Shown one piece after another: positions 16,787-24,423 of a stretch of DNA of 32,000 bases. Source of the DNA: Candidatus Saccharimonadota bacterium (GTDB lineage: Bacteria > Patescibacteriota > Saccharimonadia > Saccharimonadales > Saccharimonadaceae); NCBI GenBank assembly GCA_049296095.1, contig JBAQRV010000001.1:630001-662000 (forward strand), written 5' to 3'. The notes under the pieces were generated by a model. The model was given only the letters and a program-made list of their open reading frames with translations, ran no database searches and was not told the DNA's origin. The translations under genes and the position numbers were made by a program. The stretch's first letter is position 1, and the number at the start of each line of letters is the position of its first letter.

Positions 16787-17881
16787 ATGAGTAAGCGTGA
16801 TTATTACGAAGTTTTAGGCGTGGCCAAGGGTGCCAGTGCCGATGAGATTAAGAAGGCCTTCCGACGGGCTGCCGTAAAGCATCATCCTGATAAAGAGGGT
16901 GGAGATGAAGCGAAGTTTAAAGAAATAAACGAAGCTTATGATGTCTTGAAGGATTCACAAAAACGTCAACGGTATGATCAATTCGGTCATGCAGGTGTTG
17001 GTGGCGCATCAGGTGGCGGAGGTTATAGTGGAGGTAATCCATTTGAAGGCTTCCAGGGTCAGAATGTGAACTTTGATTTTGGTGAAGGCCTGGGTGACAT
17101 TTTTGGGCAATTTTTCGGTGGTGGCCAGCGATCTCGAGCGCCGCAGCGTGGTCGGGATATTGAAGTTGGTTTACAGCTCACTTTTGAAGAGGCAGTTTTT
17201 GGTGTTGAGCAAGAGATTACCTTGGATATGGAAGACGAATGTTCGCACTGTCATGGGACGACAGTCGAGCCAGGTCATGACATGAAAACTTGTCCAACCT
17301 GTAAAGGCTCTGGGCAACAGACACGGGTCATGAATACTATGTTCGGCGCGATCCAGCAGACAGTTACCTGTGAGACCTGTCATGGACGCGGTAAGGTACC
17401 TGAGAAGGTGTGTACCGTGTGTCATGGTAAGGGTACGGAGCGTCGCAAGCAGACGGTCAAGTTGAAAGTGCCTGCTGGTATTGATGATGGTGCGACTATT
17501 CGCTTGACTGGCCGTGGGGAAGCAATTGGTGGTGGTGACCGAGGCGATCTTTATGTGAATATCCGTGTCAAAGCCCACAAGCACTTCACTCGAGAAGGGG
17601 ATATTATTCTATCCGACGAAAAGATTAGTATGGTTGATGCGGCCCTTGGAACTGAAATTGACGTCGCTACCGTTGATGGAACAGTCCGTATGAAGATTCC
17701 AGCTGGGACGCAGTCGAACACCGACTTTAAACTATCGGGTCACGGCGTGCCACACATGAATAGTGAACGGCGCGGTCCTCATATTGTGAATATTATTGTC
17801 GAAACGCCGACAAAACTTTCCAAAAAGCAAAAAGAATTACTGGAAGCATTTGACAGCGGTCACAAACGAGGAGTTTTTTAA
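16787..17881 (+). CDS. dnaJ: co-chaperone DnaJ (type I Hsp40)
   Basis: J domain with HPD, a G/F-rich linker, four CxxCxGxG zinc-finger repeats (CSHCHGTT, CPTCKGSG, CETCHGRG, CTVCHGKG) and C-terminal substrate-binding domains. Confidence 0.97.
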   Translation: MSKRDYYEVLGVAKGASADEIKKAFRRAAVKHHPDKEGGDEAKFKEINEAYDVLKDSQKRQRYDQFGHAGVGGASGGGGYSGGNPFEGFQGQNVNFDFGEGLGDIFGQFFGGGQRSRAPQRGRDIEVGLQLTFEEAVFGVEQEITLDMEDECSHCHGTTVEPGHDMKTCPTCKGSGQQTRVMNTMFGAIQQTVTCETCHGRGKVPEKVCTVCHGKGTERRKQTVKLKVPAGIDDGATIRLTGRGEAIGGGDRGDLYVNIRVKAHKHFTREGDIILSDEKISMVDAALGTEIDVATVDGTVRMKIPAGTQSNTDFKLSGHGVPHMNSERRGPHIVNIIVETPTKLSKKQKELLEAFDSGHKRGVF

Positions 17882-17924
17882 CAACGAGTTGTCTTGTAGA
17901 ATAGATGCAGGAAGCGTAAGCATA

Positions 17925-17953
17925 TTGACTTTTTAAGCTAAAAGTGCTAAAAT
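17925..17953 (+). promoter_or_regulatory. sigma70-type promoter of the RimB-like/rimK operon
   Basis: TTGACT (17925-17930), a 17-nt spacer, then TAAAAT (17948-17953), 11 nt before ATG 17965. Confidence 0.6.
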
Positions 17954-17964
17954 AGGCAAGTTCT

Positions 17965-18459
17965 ATGGATAACACATTGCCAGTCATCGGAAGTAACGCC
18001 CTGATCGAGATTGTCGGTCACGTTAAGGGTGTCCCCGCAAAGGTAGATACTGGTGCCGATAGTTCTGCTATCTGGGCATCCGATATAGCGGTGAGTCAGA
18101 AGGGAGTGCTAAGTTTTAAGCTTTTCGGAAAGAGCTCCCCATACTATACTGGCGAAGTGATTACGCGCAAATCCTTTCGGGTAGCAAGTGTGCGTAGCTC
18201 GAATGGTCATACACAGATCCGTTATCGTGTCGAATTACCTATCCGCATAGGCACCAAGCGATTACGTGCATCATTCTATCTCGCAGATCGTTCGGTCCAT
18301 AATTTCCCGATCCTTCTCGGACGCCGAACATTGAATAAGAAGTTTTTGGTAGACGTATCACTAAAGGAATATGTACGTCCCCCAAAAACATCATTTGCGC
18401 TTAATAAAGAAATGCTCGCAGATCCATACAAGTTCCATAAGAAATATCACCAGAAATAA
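17965..18459 (+). CDS. retropepsin-like aspartic protease, RimK-associated (RimB-like; family often labelled ATP-dependent zinc protease)
   Basis: 164 aa with VPAKVDTGADSSAIWA (a DTGA aspartic-protease motif). It lies immediately upstream of rimK, as in rimB-rimK arrangements. Confidence 0.7.
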   Translation: MDNTLPVIGSNALIEIVGHVKGVPAKVDTGADSSAIWASDIAVSQKGVLSFKLFGKSSPYYTGEVITRKSFRVASVRSSNGHTQIRYRVELPIRIGTKRLRASFYLADRSVHNFPILLGRRTLNKKFLVDVSLKEYVRPPKTSFALNKEMLADPYKFHKKYHQK

Positions 18460-18468
18460 GGAGGCCTC

Positions 18469-19380
18469 ATGAAAATTGCTATTCTCTCTAACGGAAACGC
18501 TAATTATTCGACCAAACGCCTCAAAGAAGAGGCTGTCGCTCGAGGGCACGAAGTGCAAATTGTGAAGTATCGTGACTGTTATGCCTCGATCGAACGTGAT
18601 AATCCAACGGTAAGTTACCGTGGTGAAGACCTTGCACATTTTGATGCGATTATTCCTCGTATCGCAGCAAATATGACCCGATATGGTACAGCGATCGTTC
18701 GTCAGCTTGAGATGCAGGGTGTTTATACTCCGTCTAGCTCTCTGGCTATTAACCGTTCACGCGATAAACTGCGCAGTATGCAACTACTTGCCAAGGCTGG
18801 TGTCGGTATTCCAAAGACCGTCGTGTCTCGTAATACGATGGACATTGATGACTTGATTGAAAAAGTCGGTGGCACACCAGTGATTATCAAGCTCGCACGT
18901 GGGACACATGGCAACGGTGTCGTTTTGGCTGAGACGAGGAAAGCCGCCAAGTCAGTGCTTCAGGCGCTCTATTTGAGCAATGAAGATGGCACAAACGTAT
19001 TATTGCAAGAGTTTGTCGAGGAGTCGGCTGGTACAGATATTCGTGCTTTCGTTGTTGGTGGCCGAGTTGTTGCGAGTATGAAGCGACAGAGCTTGGACGA
19101 TGATTTCCGATCAAACCTTCACAAAGGCGGCGAAGGGACGACGATTAAGTTGACCGATGAGGAAAAGAAAGCTGCCATTAAGGCGGCAAGGGCGATGGGA
19201 CTCAATATCGCCGGTGTCGACATGATGCGTAGTGCTCGTGGTCCATTGATTCTTGAGGTCAACGCTAGTCCTGGCTTTGGTATTGAAAAAGTGACTGGCC
19301 GTAATGTAGCCGCACCGATTATCGAATACGTTGAGCAGAACGCGAAACGCGGTAGTAAAAAAGATAAAGTCGGCGCCTAA
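18469..19380 (+). CDS. rimK: ribosomal protein S6 L-glutamate ligase RimK (ATP-grasp)
   Basis: 303 aa ATP-grasp protein with KLARGTHGNGVVLAE, LLQEFVEES.GTDIRAFVVGGRVV, AGVDMMRS and LILEVNASPG motifs, closely matching the RimK layout. Confidence 0.9.
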   Translation: MKIAILSNGNANYSTKRLKEEAVARGHEVQIVKYRDCYASIERDNPTVSYRGEDLAHFDAIIPRIAANMTRYGTAIVRQLEMQGVYTPSSSLAINRSRDKLRSMQLLAKAGVGIPKTVVSRNTMDIDDLIEKVGGTPVIIKLARGTHGNGVVLAETRKAAKSVLQALYLSNEDGTNVLLQEFVEESAGTDIRAFVVGGRVVASMKRQSLDDDFRSNLHKGGEGTTIKLTDEEKKAAIKAARAMGLNIAGVDMMRSARGPLILEVNASPGFGIEKVTGRNVAAPIIEYVEQNAKRGSKKDKVGA

Positions 19381-19417
19381 CACACTAGTGTTATAATATG
19401 CTCATGGTAATAAAGTC

Positions 19418-19894
19418 ATGAGCGTCTGGCGTTCTTCTACGACGGCAATCCTCGTCGGAGGGTTAGTAGTGGTTATTATTGCTGCGGCGATCGCCTTTAT
19501 GGTGAGCACCTTTCGGCCGATGGTCAGTGTTGAAATTGGTAGCGGTGTCTTTAACCTCGTGATTGCGAAAGATGATCCGTCCCGTGTGACTGGTTTGTCT
19601 GGAGTTGATAAATTAAACCCAAATGATGGGCTACTGATGGCATTTGCCAGTGATTATACCTGGGAGATCTGGATGAAGGATATGAAGGTGCCGATCGATA
19701 TTCTATGGCTCGATAGTTCAAAAGAGATTATATATATCGTCAAGAATGTGGGTCCCGAACTTTCAACTAGTAAAATATTTAGACCAAATACAAAGGCTCG
19801 CTACGTGATCGAACTACCGGCTGGATCAGCAAATAATTATGGTATTAGTGTGGGTGAAAAGCTCGAGTTTGATGTTGGAGAGGTAAAGGAATGA
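19418..19894 (+). CDS. DUF192 (COG1430) domain protein with an N-terminal membrane anchor
   Basis: One N-terminal TM helix, followed by GLSGV...L.PNDGLLMAF....W.IWMKDMKVPIDILWLD....I, which matches the DUF192 pattern. Confidence 0.7.
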   Translation: MSVWRSSTTAILVGGLVVVIIAAAIAFMVSTFRPMVSVEIGSGVFNLVIAKDDPSRVTGLSGVDKLNPNDGLLMAFASDYTWEIWMKDMKVPIDILWLDSSKEIIYIVKNVGPELSTSKIFRPNTKARYVIELPAGSANNYGISVGEKLEFDVGEVKE

Positions 19895-20373
19895 TTGTTA
19901 TTGCTGTCTTTGGAGTTCTAGCCGCGGGGTTATTCCTCGGCGCTTTCCTGTCAAAGCGGCGATTCGGTCTGTTAGGACTGGCGCTCACCGCTGGCGCGAC
20001 GCTAAGTAGTATCTGGAGTTATGATGCTGGATTGGTCGTTTCTAGCACTGGTCTCGTACCGGATGGGCCATTGACGAATGCCATTGCCTTGTCATTGATT
20101 GTGCTATTGCCGGCGATTATTCTGCTATTCCACGGCTATACCTATAAAGAAAATGCGGCGCGCGTGATTGGATCAATTCTTTTTACCTTACTCGCTTTGG
20201 CATTCCTGGTCGAACCTATCGGATTTGCGCTCCCGCTCGATGGGACTGCGGCAGATGCGTATCGCTGGCTGGTTGATCACCGAGAGATCATCATTAGTAT
20301 CGGTGTTGTCCTAGCAATTGTTGATTTATTCTTTACAAAACCAAAGTTACTCGAAAAAGACCGCAAGCGCTAA
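19891..20373 (+). CDS. hypothetical integral membrane protein
   Basis: 160 aa with about five hydrophobic helices. The ATG overlaps the DUF192 stop (ATGA), so it is probably the last gene of the rim operon. Confidence 0.55.
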   Translation: MIVIAVFGVLAAGLFLGAFLSKRRFGLLGLALTAGATLSSIWSYDAGLVVSSTGLVPDGPLTNAIALSLIVLLPAIILLFHGYTYKENAARVIGSILFTLLALAFLVEPIGFALPLDGTAADAYRWLVDHREIIISIGVVLAIVDLFFTKPKLLEKDRKR

Positions 20374-20375
20374 CA

Positions 20376-20404
20376 TTGACTTTTCACCCCTGTCGCTGTA
20401 TAGT
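20376..20404 (+). promoter_or_regulatory. promoter of tRNA-Lys
   Basis: TTGACT (20376-20381), a 17-nt spacer, then TATAGT (20399-20404), 15 nt before the tRNA 5' end. Confidence 0.65.
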
Positions 20405-20419
20405 CTGTAAGAGTTTTAC

Positions 20420-20496
20420 GGGTCCGTAGCTCAGCTGGTTAGAGCACCTGCCTTTTAAGCAGGGTGTCATGGGTTCAAGCCCCATCGGACCCTCCA
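20420..20496 (+). tRNA. tRNA-Lys (anticodon UUU), CCA encoded
   Basis: Manual cloverleaf: acceptor GGGTCCG/CGGACCC, D arm GCTC-agctggtta-GAGC, anticodon arm CCTGC-cTTTTaa-GCAGG, T arm ATGGG-ttcaagc-CCCAT, discriminator T, then CCA. Confidence 0.92.
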
Positions 20497-20504
20497 AATA
20501 AAGA

Positions 20505-20537
20505 ACATCCGTCGATCGCTACCGCGGGTGTTTTTTA
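20505..20537 (+). terminator. terminator after tRNA-Lys
   Basis: ACATCCG...CGGGTGT stem (with one G-U pair) followed by TTTTTTATTT. Confidence 0.6.
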
Positions 20538-20577
20538 TTTGGCCCTGATTTAAGAAGAATACGTTTAGCTAGGTACA

Positions 20578-22020
20578 ATGCACTACATCCGGCGTTCTAT
20601 TCATGTGTCTTGGCTTGTAGCGATTGGCTGCTTGGCCTTTGTTATGGGTGTATGGCTCGCACTATATTTAACGTTGAATCATTGGTGGCTAGTTTTGATG
20701 GGGTGTGGGTTGGTGGGTATTGCTTTGTGGAGGAGGCGACTATATGTGTTGCCGGCATTGGTTTTAGGTGCTGGAGTGATTGGACTTTGGTACGGTTCGA
20801 CGTCGCAGGAAGAACTAAGGATCTATACACCGTTGATCGGGTCCCAAGTGCAGCTGCAAGGGACCGTCAGAGAGGACCCATCGCTTAATGATAAGAATAA
20901 ACTCGTGCTTCAACTGCACAAGATTAGCATCGATGGTCATGACCTCCCTGGTGCAATCTGGATGAGTGTCTCGCCACGCGAAGAGATTAAGAGGGGGGAT
21001 GAGGTGACGCTTGAAGGTAAGGTCATGCCGGGGTTTGGGACTTTTGCGGCGATTTTGTATAACGCTCGGGTGGTTAGGCTCAATCATCCACAGCCCGGAG
21101 ATATTGGGCGGGTGATGCGGGATTGGTTTGCAGATAAAATCCGCCTGGCAATCCCTGAACCGCAGGCGAGTTTAGGCATAGGGTTCCTGACTGGTCAAAA
21201 GAGTGCTTTGCCTGGTGACTTGGCGGAGGCGTTGCAGATTGCTGGGCTGAGTCATATTGTGGTGGCGAGTGGCTATAATTTAACGATCCTTGTTCGCCTG
21301 GCGCGGCGCTTATTTATGAGAATTTCAAAGTTTGCGGCGGCGATGGGATCAAGTACCATGATAATTTTATTCGTGATGATGACGGGGCTGAGTCCGAGTA
21401 TGACGAGGGCTGGCTTGGTATCGGGACTGAGTTTGTTGGCCTGGTATTACGGACGTGGCTTTCACCCATTTGTATTACTTCCTTTCGCTGCTGCCATTAC
21501 CGTTGCCGTCCAGCCGAGTTACGTCTGGGGTGATATGGGCTGGCAGCTCAGTTTTTCCGCATTCGCTGCGGTGATGATCGTCACACCACTGCTGCAACGC
21601 TACTTTTTTGGTGAGGAGAAGTCTGGGACAATTCGGCAGGTCTTGGGTGAGACGGTGGGCGCGCATTTAGTAACACTGCCAATTATTGTGTTAGGCTTTG
21701 GGGTGATATCGAATGTCGCTATTCCAGCTAATCTACTTATTGTGCCATTTGTGCCAATGGCAATGTTTTTAACATTTATTTCAGGACTGGCTGGCATAAT
21801 AACTCCGGGTGGTGCGGAACTAGTCGGGATGCCAGCGAGTTGGCTGTTAGGATACATGACCCAGACAGCGCAGTACCTCGCAGAGCTTCCCTGGGCGCAA
21901 ACGGCAGTGGAGGTACCTTGGTGGTCAATGCTTCTGTATTATGCCGTCATGACTGCTGGGTGTGTGTGGATGCAGCGAGCGACAGGATTTCGATTACGGG
22001 AAGTAAATATGGTCGAGTGA
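20578..22020 (+). CDS. comEC: DNA internalisation competence protein ComEC/Rec2 (no metallo-beta-lactamase domain)
   Basis: 480 aa. It has N-terminal TM helices plus an OB-like soluble insert (DUF4131-like), then the polytopic competence domain (LGIGFLTGQKSALP, SHIVVASGYNLTIL). It ends without a C-terminal MBL nuclease domain. Confidence 0.8.
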   Translation: MHYIRRSIHVSWLVAIGCLAFVMGVWLALYLTLNHWWLVLMGCGLVGIALWRRRLYVLPALVLGAGVIGLWYGSTSQEELRIYTPLIGSQVQLQGTVREDPSLNDKNKLVLQLHKISIDGHDLPGAIWMSVSPREEIKRGDEVTLEGKVMPGFGTFAAILYNARVVRLNHPQPGDIGRVMRDWFADKIRLAIPEPQASLGIGFLTGQKSALPGDLAEALQIAGLSHIVVASGYNLTILVRLARRLFMRISKFAAAMGSSTMIILFVMMTGLSPSMTRAGLVSGLSLLAWYYGRGFHPFVLLPFAAAITVAVQPSYVWGDMGWQLSFSAFAAVMIVTPLLQRYFFGEEKSGTIRQVLGETVGAHLVTLPIIVLGFGVISNVAIPANLLIVPFVPMAMFLTFISGLAGIITPGGAELVGMPASWLLGYMTQTAQYLAELPWAQTAVEVPWWSMLLYYAVMTAGCVWMQRATGFRLREVNMVE

Positions 22021-22743
22021 TTAACGAGGACGTTCACGGGCAACGTCGCGAGCGAGGTTTGCGAGTAGGTCATCAATCAGGTCGGTACTAAACTCACCAT
22101 ACTTTTTTTCAACAGCAGTTCGAATCAGGAAGTCGGCAAGCTGGGGATTTTTAGGAAGAATCGAGCCGTGCAGATAGGTGCCGATGACGTTCTTGTAGCG
22201 CGCTCCCTCATGACCATCTTTTGAGTTGTTGCCAGCACCCTTAATGGTTTTTGCGAAGGCCCGAGCATGTTCACCAAGGAAGGTCTGACCGCTGTGGTTC
22301 TCGTAGCCGATAATTTCACCAAATTCATCACTCTCGGTAATGATATTACCGATTAGGCGTTCATTCGTCCCGTAGGTTTCAACGTCTAAAATGCCGATGC
22401 CTTCGAGTGTTTTGTCTGCAGATGTCTTAAAGAAGTTTCCGAATAATTGATAGAGCCCACAGACCATGAGCATTGGGACATCTGCTTCGGCCCACTTTTT
22501 GAGCTGAGGGCCAATCTTTAGAAGGTCGGCGTGAATCCTTTCTTGCCCACTGTCCTGTCCACCACCGCCGATGATAATGTCGACCTCTGCAGGGAGGGTA
22601 TCGCCGACGTTGTAGGTGATAATTTTTGGCTCGTAGCCATACCACTCGAGCCGTCGTTGCAAGACAAGTAGGTTGCCATGATCGCCGTAGATGTTCATAT
22701 CCCGCGGATAGAGCTGAAGAATGGTGATAGGTTGCTTGGTCAT
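22021..22743 (-). CDS. gatD: lipid II isoglutaminyl synthase, glutaminase subunit GatD (CobQ-type GATase)
   Basis: 240 aa. It has the nucleophile region MLMVCGLYQLFG and a His near GTYLHGSILPKNP. It is translationally coupled downstream of murT (ATGA overlap at 22740-22743). Confidence 0.85.
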   Translation of the reverse strand: MTKQPITILQLYPRDMNIYGDHGNLLVLQRRLEWYGYEPKIITYNVGDTLPAEVDIIIGGGGQDSGQERIHADLLKIGPQLKKWAEADVPMLMVCGLYQLFGNFFKTSADKTLEGIGILDVETYGTNERLIGNIITESDEFGEIIGYENHSGQTFLGEHARAFAKTIKGAGNNSKDGHEGARYKNVIGTYLHGSILPKNPQLADFLIRTAVEKKYGEFSTDLIDDLLANLARDVARERPR

Positions 22744-24020
22744 GAGATAGACTCCACTTTGGTCATTTTGCTAAGCTCGCGGCGCAAGGTGAGCATAGCT
22801 GTATAGGTGCAGTAGATGCGCTTCGGGAGATCTTTATTAGCTTCGATAAAGTCCCTGAGGGCGAGAGCTAATTCTGGCTCGATAGTGCCGATAGGTACCT
22901 CATCGTACTGCAGTCGTAAAGCCATATCGTAAGCGCGGACACCACTGATTGCGGCGACGCCACCAGATAGGGAAGTGAAATCGACATCCCAGAGCCATGA
23001 CATATCCCGCCCGTCGGCGTAGTTATCGTTGATGGCGATCATGGTTGCGTAGCCTTCAGATGGGAATGAGTCTAGGCTGAGACGGAACCCGGAGGGATTT
23101 TTAACTAATACTAATTCGAGGGGTTGGCCGCCGACTTCAAGTTGTTCACCACGACCAAAGGCTGGGGTGACATTACTCATGGCAGCAAGGAGGGTCGTTG
23201 TGTCGAGTTCTTTGCCGAGGATAGCATACACCAAGCTCAGAGCTGCGGCGCTATTAAATACGTTATAGACACCGCGGAGTTTGAGGTCGAGTGATGTGTC
23301 TTTGCCGTCAATTGTATACGTCGCCTGACTGCCACTATACGATTTTAGAATGACATTAGCATCTGGCCGTTTGGTTGATCGCTTGATTTTTGTGCTATGA
23401 AGATCATCGTCGGCTGGGAAGTGTGATAGTAGGTCGCTACTCAGTCCAAAGTAGGTGACTTTTTGGTCGCCGAGCTTGTCTTTGATTGCGAGGACTCGAG
23501 AGTCTTCGCGGTTGAGAACGACAGTGTCGGTGGTGGCCTGAGCGATCTTCTCTAACATCTTGGCGGTAGCATCGATTTCGCCGAAACGATCGAGTTGGTC
23601 CCGCATGACGTTTAAGAGCAGACTATAGCGAGGGGGGATGGTTTGAACAAACTTGACGGCATGGGCCTCGTCCATCTCGAGAACGGCGATGTCGGCGTGG
23701 AGCTTGCCGCGGATGTCGATGTCGCCAAGCAGCGCTGCTGCGACCCCGCGACTAAAATTGCTCCCAGTTCGGTTAGTAAAGACTTTGAGCCCCTGGCTTT
23801 CTAATAGTTCTACCACCATCTTGGTTGTGGTCGTCTTTCCGTTGGTACCACTGATAATAACGACTCCTTGAGGAAGCTGGGCAAGGGTCTGTTTGATAAA
23901 ATCAGGGCTTATTTTTTCAACGAAGAGACCAGGAAGAGCCGAGCCACCACCACGCAGACGCATGGCATAACGAACGGATTTTCCCAGGATAACGACAAAG
24001 GGGTGGGGCATATGACCCAT
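22740..24020 (-). CDS. murT: lipid II isoglutaminyl synthase, Mur-ligase-like subunit MurT
   Basis: Mur ligase P-loop SGTNGKTTT, a central domain, and a C-terminal DUF1727-like region. It is paired with gatD. The start could be Met4 (24011). Confidence 0.85.
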   Translation of the reverse strand: MGHMPHPFVVILGKSVRYAMRLRGGGSALPGLFVEKISPDFIKQTLAQLPQGVVIISGTNGKTTTTKMVVELLESQGLKVFTNRTGSNFSRGVAAALLGDIDIRGKLHADIAVLEMDEAHAVKFVQTIPPRYSLLLNVMRDQLDRFGEIDATAKMLEKIAQATTDTVVLNREDSRVLAIKDKLGDQKVTYFGLSSDLLSHFPADDDLHSTKIKRSTKRPDANVILKSYSGSQATYTIDGKDTSLDLKLRGVYNVFNSAAALSLVYAILGKELDTTTLLAAMSNVTPAFGRGEQLEVGGQPLELVLVKNPSGFRLSLDSFPSEGYATMIAINDNYADGRDMSWLWDVDFTSLSGGVAAISGVRAYDMALRLQYDEVPIGTIEPELALALRDFIEANKDLPKRIYCTYTAMLTLRRELSKMTKVESIS

Positions 24021-24039
24021 TATATCGTATAATGATGAT

Positions 24040-24423
24040 ATGTTTTTGGTGGGAATAATCTCCTGGTGGTACGGCCCTGGCTGGCGAGGACAATTTGGAC
24101 GGGTCAGAGAGCGTTTAGCGTCGACGGCCTCGTTCTTTTCGCTCGGTCAACTCTTCTCGACCTTGTTCTCACCGTTCCGCCAAATTTCGGCTGGAAAGGC
24201 GCGCGGTTCTGCTGGTGTAGTAATGAGGGCGTTGGTTGATCAGCTCATTTCTCGGGTGATTGGTGCGATTGTTCGCTTGTTTACAATTATTGCTGGCATC
24301 ATTGTTTTGGTCGTACAGGCTATTGTGGAGGGGATTGTGCTCCTTTTTTGGATGTTTGTGCCTCTTTTTCCCGTGGTCGGCTTGATCATGTTTGCAATCG
24401 GATGGGCGCCACGATGGATATAA
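24040..24423 (+). CDS. hypothetical small integral membrane protein
   Basis: 127 aa with an N-terminal WWYGPGW motif and 2-3 C-terminal TM helices. TATAAT (24028-24033) lies 6 nt before the ATG with no SD. The stop overlaps the start of the next gene. Confidence 0.6.
   Translation: MFLVGIISWWYGPGWRGQFGRVRERLASTASFFSLGQLFSTLFSPFRQISAGKARGSAGVVMRALVDQLISRVIGAIVRLFTIIAGIIVLVVQAIVEGIVLLFWMFVPLFPVVGLIMFAIGWAPRWI

Noticed and set aside
10100-16790. Mobile genetic element (IS, prophage remnant or integrative element) explaining the insertions in the heat-shock locus
   Set aside because: I found no transposase, integrase or recombinase motifs, no terminal inverted repeats beyond the single 11-bp hairpin at 10110-10156, no flanking direct repeats, and no adjacent tRNA. 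Foreign origin is still proposed, on composition alone.
20574-20579. TACAAT box overlapping comEC ATG 20578 as evidence for a different comEC start
   Set aside because: There is no in-frame ATG or GTG at the leaderless distance (the next in-frame GTG is at 20605), so the start cannot be resolved from sequence alone. The tracked start is kept.
24348-24413. Upstream extension of the AAA+ ORF (tracked start 24348)
   Set aside because: It overlaps the last 25 codons of the well-formed membrane protein gene in another frame. ATG 24414 gives the typical ATG..TAA coupling overlap.
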